Shown here in pieces: positions 57,638-64,000 of a stretch of 64,000 nt of DNA. Each line of letters opens with the position of its first letter. The first letter of the stretch is position 1. Where the stretch lies: assembly GCA_964647595.1 (NCBI GenBank), contig CAZYGH010000016.1, positions 16,368 through 80,367 on the forward strand. Direction: 5' to 3'. Source of the DNA: an uncultured Verrucomicrobiota bacterium. GTDB taxonomy: Bacteria > Verrucomicrobiota > Kiritimatiellia > CAIQIC01 > Lenti-01. Both the position numbers and the translations under genes were made by a program. The notes beneath the pieces are model-generated. The model worked only from the letters and a program-made list of their open reading frames with translations. It searched no databases and was not told the origin of the DNA.

Positions 57638-59421
57638 CGGGTTTCTGCACCGCTTTCAACGCGTAAATATTTTTCCATGCCGCACCAAAAGTCGTGGCGC
57701 TGATAATTGTGCAGGTGCGCGTGCCGAACGCTAAAAGCCATCGGATAGGCCGTAAGAATCCACGGACAATCCTCCATCACCACAGCGGTCGCCGCCTGAC
57801 AAAGGGCCTCGCGCTCAGGCGAATCCGGCAAGGCGATCATCTCCCGATAGAGCCGATCGAAATCCTCGCTGTGATAGTTGGATCGGTTCGGCCCCGGAGA
57901 CGCATTTTCGCTTGCAAACAGTTGTAGAAAATTCTGTGCATCTGGATAATCGCCCAACCACGTCAGGCTGAACAATTGCGCCTGCCGGCGTTCGATTTTC
58001 TTCAGCAGCGCAGGCCAATTATTGTAGCTGGGCTCCAACACCACGCCGATGCGATCCATAAAACTGGCCATCAATTCTGCCGCCTGCCTCGTCTCCGGAT
58101 TATCCGCCGAGCCTAACTCCAGCGTCAGCTTGAGGCGTCGGCCCGTCGCGGGATCTTTTCCTTCCGGATATCCCGCCTCCGCCAGCAATTGCTTGGCTCG
58201 CTCCAGATCGAATGGAAACGGCGGCTCTTGTTCCGAATGCCCGGCCACACCCGGTGGCACGGGTCCGTTCGGTGTCATCAGTCGGCCATTCTGAAAATCT
58301 TTCCATTGGGCAGAATCAAACGCACAAGTCAGCGCTTGGCGAAGTTTTTTATTGTTCCCCACCACGGCATCATCCATGTTGAATGCCGTGTAGGAAATCG
58401 ATAACTGCGGCGATTTGCTCAACCCGATTCCGCGCTCCAACAAATCCGGCCGGAGTTCTTTTTCAGGCGTAATAATGCTGTCCCACTGGTCGCGACTCAC
58501 ATCCACCCGATCCAGTTGCCCGGAAAGAAACATCAGCCATGACGTCGAGGGATCTCCCACCACCGAATTCACAATTCTTTTTGCAATCGGTAGCGGTCGC
58601 CCGGCATCGGGCCCTGGCGCGTGAGCGGGCATGAGTTCCACTCGCCCCGTTTGCGCCCACTTTGGATTTTCGCGATATTCATAGCGATAGTTCTGCCGCG
58701 CTGACGCCAACACATAGGGGCCCGTGCCAACCGGATGATTTACAAATTCTTTCCCGTACGCCTCCACTGCCTCGCGCGGCACCACGAAAGCATAGGGCAT
58801 CGCCAACACCCACGGCATTTGGGGATACGGCGCTTTCAGTCGAATTTCAACTTCATGGGTGCCGACCGCCCGCAAGCCTTCGATGGGAGAGTCATAGTCG
58901 GTAGGTGCATCGCCACGGCTGGCCTCACGAAACTCATCCAGCCCCACGATCTTTCCGCGAAACACCCAATATCCCCCAGAGCCCACCTTCACATCCGCTA
59001 TCCGCAAGATGGAGTAAACCACATCCTGCGCGGTCAACTCCCGCCCTTGGCCACCCGTCTGGGTGAAACAAGAATCATCTGTGAAATAGATGCCTTTGCG
59101 CAATGAAATCCGCCACACAAGACCCTCTTCCGACACATCCGGCATGGAGGCCGCCAGCAACGGCTCTACGCGATACGGACGGTCCCAATAGGCATATTGC
59201 AACAACCCCTCATAGACCTTCCCCACCGCCAAGATCGAAGCTTGATCGCCCGCATGGGCTGGATCGAATCCGCGAATGCGGTCGGTCGTCAATCGCAAGG
59301 TCGGCACATCCTCACGGAACAAGGTCTCGGCTTTTTTGCAACCACCGACGGCGACGAGCAAACAAAATAAAATCCCCGCGCAAATACTGCGCGGGGACAG
59401 GATCGATCGGACGATCTTCAC
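57634..59421 (-). CDS. ABC transporter substrate-binding lipoprotein, family 5 (OppA/DppA-like)
   Basis: Lipobox VGG-C; FDPA, VYEGLLQY..., PVGTGPY, KKLRQAL, YHSEDFDRLY. Confidence 0.88.
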   Translation of the reverse strand: MKIVRSILSPRSICAGILFCLLVAVGGCKKAETLFREDVPTLRLTTDRIRGFDPAHAGDQASILAVGKVYEGLLQYAYWDRPYRVEPLLAASMPDVSEEGLVWRISLRKGIYFTDDSCFTQTGGQGRELTAQDVVYSILRIADVKVGSGGYWVFRGKIVGLDEFREASRGDAPTDYDSPIEGLRAVGTHEVEIRLKAPYPQMPWVLAMPYAFVVPREAVEAYGKEFVNHPVGTGPYVLASARQNYRYEYRENPKWAQTGRVELMPAHAPGPDAGRPLPIAKRIVNSVVGDPSTSWLMFLSGQLDRVDVSRDQWDSIITPEKELRPDLLERGIGLSKSPQLSISYTAFNMDDAVVGNNKKLRQALTCAFDSAQWKDFQNGRLMTPNGPVPPGVAGHSEQEPPFPFDLERAKQLLAEAGYPEGKDPATGRRLKLTLELGSADNPETRQAAELMASFMDRIGVVLEPSYNNWPALLKKIERRQAQLFSLTWLGDYPDAQNFLQLFASENASPGPNRSNYHSEDFDRLYREMIALPDSPEREALCQAATAVVMEDCPWILTAYPMAFSVRHAHLHNYQRHDFWCGMEKYLRVESGAETR

Positions 59422-59425
59422 CCGG

Positions 59426-59959
59426 TTAGTCCTGATGCGCCGACTCGCCCTCCGTCACGGGCTCCGCCACGGCAGGCATTTCTTCGACGACCACCGTCTC
59501 CTCCACCACCTCCGGCGCGGCCACGGGGGCAAGCTCTCCCGCTTCGCCCATCTGCAAGACGACAGGCTCCGCGGTTTCGCTGGATGTCACCACCGGCAAC
59601 GCCTCAGCCGCCATCGGCGAGGGCTGCATCGGAGCCGTCGCCATCGGAGCACTCGGCGCCGCCATCGGCATTTCGCGATCGGCCTTCTCCATCACCGAGC
59701 CGCTACTCGATCCGCCACGGGCAAACAAAATGCCCAAGACAATCGTCGTCACCATGAACACCGATGCCAGCGTGACGGTCATGCGCGTCAGCACATTTCC
59801 GGCCCGGCTGCCAAACAAGCTTTCGCCCACTCCCCCACCAAAAGCCATACCAAGGCCCTGATCCTTGGATTTTTGAGCCAAGATCACCACGATCAACAAG
59901 AACGCGGAGAGAGCCTCGACGATCAAGAGAACACTTTTGAGAATTGAAAGAATGGACAT
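59426..59959 (-). CDS. secG: Preprotein translocase subunit SecG with a long acidic/Pro-Ala tail
   Basis: VILAQKSKDQGLGMAFGGG..ESLFGSRAGNVLTRMT; directly downstream of tpiA. Confidence 0.9.
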   Translation of the reverse strand: MSILSILKSVLLIVEALSAFLLIVVILAQKSKDQGLGMAFGGGVGESLFGSRAGNVLTRMTVTLASVFMVTTIVLGILFARGGSSSGSVMEKADREMPMAAPSAPMATAPMQPSPMAAEALPVVTSSETAEPVVLQMGEAGELAPVAAPEVVEETVVVEEMPAVAEPVTEGESAHQD

Positions 59960-59995
59960 GCTGTTTTGCTCCTGCGGCTAGAAAAGCCCGATGTT

Positions 59996-60757
59996 TTAGA
60001 CTGCGGCGCGGACAATGTCAATGAACGACTTGGCGTCGAGGGCCGCGCCGCCGATCAAACCGCCATCAATGTCGGGCATCCCGAACAGTTCCTTGGCGTT
60101 GTTGGCCTTGACACTTCCGCCGTATTGAATGCGGACGCCTTGCGCCACCGTGACATCATACAGGCTCGTCAAAACCGAACGAATCAAGGCATGAACATCC
60201 TGCGCCTGTTGGCTGGTGGCCGTCTTGCCGGTGCCGATGGCCCACACGGGCTCATAGGCGATCACGGAATCCAACAGTTCTTTCGCGGAAAGCCCGGCCA
60301 AACTGCCTTTCACCTGCGTAGTGATGACACTTTCAACCTGGCCGCCCTCGCGCTCCTGCAGGGTCTCGCCCACGCAGATGATCGGATGCAGGCTCGAAGC
60401 CAATGCGGCCTTGGCCTTGCGATTGACGATCGCATCGGTCTCGCCAAAATACTGACGGCGTTCGCTGTGCCCCAAAATCACATAATGGCAATACAACTCG
60501 CGAAGCATTCCCGCCGATATTTCGCCGGTATAGGCCCCATTCTTTTCCCAGTGCATGTTCTGCGCACCCAAGTCGAGGTGGGATCCTTGAACCAAACCGC
60601 TCACCGTGCTCAACGCGGTGAATGGAGGACACACCACCACTTCCACTTCGCGGAAATTGGCCAAGTCCGCCTTCAGCGCATTCACCAGAGTCGTCGCCTC
60701 GGCGGTGTTCAAATTCATCTTCCAATTACCGGCCACAATTTTCTTACGCATATTCAT
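59996..60757 (-). CDS. tpiA: Triosephosphate isomerase (start 60757 or 60751)
   Basis: AGNWKMN, GAYTGEIS, GHSERR, AYEPVWAIGTG, YGGSV, LIGGA. Confidence 0.98.
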   Translation of the reverse strand: MNMRKKIVAGNWKMNLNTAEATTLVNALKADLANFREVEVVVCPPFTALSTVSGLVQGSHLDLGAQNMHWEKNGAYTGEISAGMLRELYCHYVILGHSERRQYFGETDAIVNRKAKAALASSLHPIICVGETLQEREGGQVESVITTQVKGSLAGLSAKELLDSVIAYEPVWAIGTGKTATSQQAQDVHALIRSVLTSLYDVTVAQGVRIQYGGSVKANNAKELFGMPDIDGGLIGGAALDAKSFIDIVRAAV

Positions 60758-60790
60758 CCTTTTCTTTTCAGGTCGTTGAGGAATTCAAAA

Positions 60791-62035
60791 TCACTTCGTA
60801 TTCAAAGCCGCCACACCGGGTAGCTCTTTGCCTTCCAGGAACTCGAGGCTCGCGCCACCGCCCGTGCTGATGTGCGTCATCTTCGGAGCCAAGCCACTCT
60901 TGTTCACCGCACTCACGCTGTCGCCGCCACCGATGATGCTCGTGGCCCCACTGTCGGCCACCGCTTGGCAGACGCCCAGCGTGCCCGCCGCAAACGGCTT
61001 CATCTCGAAACAGCCCATCGGACCGTTCCAAACCACCGTCTTGGCGCCCTGGATCGCGGCCGCATACAACTCCGTGGTCTTGGGACCAATATCCAGCGCC
61101 ATCCAGCCCGCCGGAATGTCGTTGCCGACCACCTGCGTGGCCGCCGCCGCATCAAATTTGTCCGCCGCCACGTTATCCACGGGCAACAGAAACTGCTTCC
61201 CGTTGTCTTTGGCCTTTTGAATCATCTCGAGAGCATAGTCGAGCTGATCCAGTTCGCACAGCGAATTGCCCACATCGTGACCCTGCGCCTTCAAGAAGGT
61301 GTAGGCCATACCGCCGCCGATGATCAACGTGTCGACCTTGTCTAGCAGGTTCTTCACAACCGCCAGCTTGTCGCTGACCTTCGCACCGCCCAAAATCGCC
61401 ACAAACGGCCGCACGGGACTATTCACCGCACCGCCCAAATAGCGCAGTTCCTTCTCCATGAGGAAGCCGGCCACGCTCACGCCAATGTACTTGCAGATCA
61501 CCGCCGTCGAGGCGTGCGCGCGATGCGCCGCGCCAAACGCGTCGTTCACAAAAATCTCGCCATACGAAGCCAACTTCTGGGCCATGGCCTTCTGCTTTTC
61601 TTTCAGCTCGGCCTTCTTGGCTTTGAGCTGCTCGTCGGTCATGTCGTCAGTCTTCTTGACCTTGGCTTCTTCCTCTTTGTAGAAGCGCGTATTTTCCAGC
61701 ACCAGCACGCCGCCGGGCTTCAGCGCCGCCACCTCGGCATCCGCCGCTTGGCAATCTGCCGCAAACGCCACGGGCTTGCCCAACAACTTGGACAAATGGT
61801 CGGCCACAGGCTTCAGGCTAAACTCGGCCTCGTAGCCCTTCCCTTTCGGGCGGCCCAAATGGCTCATCAGCACCAAGCTTGCGCCCTGCTCTAGAACGTA
61901 TCGAATCGAAGGCAACGCCGCCGTCACGCGCGTATCGTCACTGATCACGCCGTCCTTGATCGGCACGTTGAAGTCCACGCGCATCACGACGCGCTTTCCG
62001 CCCAAATCCACATCCTTCAAGGTCTTCTTGTCCAT
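60791..62035 (-). CDS. pgk: Phosphoglycerate kinase
   Basis: [45 protein letters not shown]. Start refined to MDKK (AGGAG RBS). Confidence 0.98.
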   Translation of the reverse strand: MDKKTLKDVDLGGKRVVMRVDFNVPIKDGVISDDTRVTAALPSIRYVLEQGASLVLMSHLGRPKGKGYEAEFSLKPVADHLSKLLGKPVAFAADCQAADAEVAALKPGGVLVLENTRFYKEEEAKVKKTDDMTDEQLKAKKAELKEKQKAMAQKLASYGEIFVNDAFGAAHRAHASTAVICKYIGVSVAGFLMEKELRYLGGAVNSPVRPFVAILGGAKVSDKLAVVKNLLDKVDTLIIGGGMAYTFLKAQGHDVGNSLCELDQLDYALEMIQKAKDNGKQFLLPVDNVAADKFDAAAATQVVGNDIPAGWMALDIGPKTTELYAAAIQGAKTVVWNGPMGCFEMKPFAAGTLGVCQAVADSGATSIIGGGDSVSAVNKSGLAPKMTHISTGGGASLEFLEGKELPGVAALNTK

Positions 62036-62122
62036 TTTTCGATTCTCCTGCTGTTGCCTGCCATCGCGAAACATTCCGCCGGAGCCATCGCTCCGGCGGA
62101 ATGGTGAGTCAGCGAAGCGTCC

Positions 62123-63230
<1,108 letters not shown>

Positions 63231-63273
63231 TCCCGCAATAGCAAAAATATTCCCATAAAAAACGATTTACTCA

Positions 63274-63318
63274 CACCAAAAAGAAAACGGCGAAAGCATC
63301 CCAGCGTTCCGCCGTTTC
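63274..63318 (-). terminator. Probable intrinsic terminator after the antiporter gene
   Basis: Minus strand AAACGGCGGAACGC-TGGGA-TGCTTTCGCCGTTT followed by TCTTTT. Confidence 0.5.
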
Positions 63319-63341
63319 CACACCAGGCGTGAATTGGAACC

Positions 63342-64000
63342 CTATTCGTCCCGCCCGCCACCCGGCATCAGCCGTGGCAACAGAATCAGTCCCGCCACAA
63401 ACGCCACGCTTGTGCTCGCCAAACCCGCCCACATGCTGTGGCTCAAGCCCACCACCAAATGGCCAATGCCCGCACAGAACATCACAAACAAGGCATACGG
63501 AGCCTGCGTCGTCACATGTTCCAACAACGGACAGCCGGCGCCGATCGACGACAAGATCGTCGTGTCGGAAATCGGCGAAGCGTGGTCGCCCAACACCGCC
63601 CCGCCCATGACCGCACCGCACGAGGCCAACACCGCCGGCAGCAACAACAGCGGATTTCCCGTGGCTTCCGCCACCGCAATGGAAATCGGGATACTGATCG
63701 GCAACATGATCGCCATGGTGCCCCAGCTCGTGCCCGTCGAGAACGAGATCATGCCCGAAATCACAAACAGCCCCAGGGGCAGGAAGCTGCCGGTCATGCC
63801 ACTCCGCTGCACCAGTTCGGCCACGAACTTTGGCAGGCCCATGCCGCCATCGGCGGGTGCACTCTTGATCACGGAACCAATCGTCCACGCCATCGCCAAA
63901 ATGATCAGCGCCGGCACCATGCTCTTGATGCCGTTGACGAAGGCTTCGCCCGCCGCGCGCATCGAAAATAACCGCCGCGCCAGCATGTAGGGATAGCTGA
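63342..64000 (-). CDS. Na+/H+ antiporter NhaC family protein (C-terminal part; runs off the right edge)
   Basis: ISFSTGTSWGTMAI..PI, GAVLGDHASPISDTTILSS.GAGC..LEHVTTQAPYA. The frame is open to the window end. Confidence 0.88.
   Translation of the reverse strand, partial: SYPYMLARRLFSMRAAGEAFVNGIKSMVPALIILAMAWTIGSVIKSAPADGGMGLPKFVAELVQRSGMTGSFLPLGLFVISGMISFSTGTSWGTMAIMLPISIPISIAVAEATGNPLLLLPAVLASCGAVMGGAVLGDHASPISDTTILSSIGAGCPLLEHVTTQAPYALFVMFCAGIGHLVVGLSHSMWAGLASTSVAFVAGLILLPRLMPGGGRDE

Overview
A 64 kb chromosomal window from a GC-rich bacterium, most likely PVC superphylum (Kiritimatiellota/Verrucomicrobiota-like). That assignment is inferred from the EF-Tu insertion, the style of the secreted proteins and the gene order; no database search was run. 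The right half (34.7-64 kb) is core housekeeping on the minus strand: NhaC-type antiporter (partial), gap-pgk-tpiA-secG-oppA, tRNA-Thr-tuf-rpmG-tRNA-Trp-secE-nusG-rplKAJL-rpoBC, ppdK, and a LysM lipoprotein/coiled-coil/ogt/murG/murC operon. The left half (1-34.7 kb) is rich in large secreted or surface proteins. These include a >=2318 aa Ig-like repeat protein missed by the ORF track (it runs off the left edge), a four-gene operon of signal-peptide proteins built around a phage-fibre-like protein, a Zn-metalloprotease/beta-barrel/SprA-like operon, and a 1703 aa protein with a degenerate nuclease domain. Interspersed are prfB (programmed frameshift), lnt, HPr, divergent metY/cysK with a candidate Cys/Met leader peptide, and murB. 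Top leads: (1) the domain-sharing fibre operon; (2) an ~83 aa C-terminal domain shared by two unrelated secreted proteins; (3) a 72 bp triple-palindrome element present twice, each ~85 bp upstream of a gene; (4) the leader peptide; (5) the pseudo-nuclease flanked by identical 14 bp palindromes. No CRISPR array, rRNA, transposase or integrase was seen.
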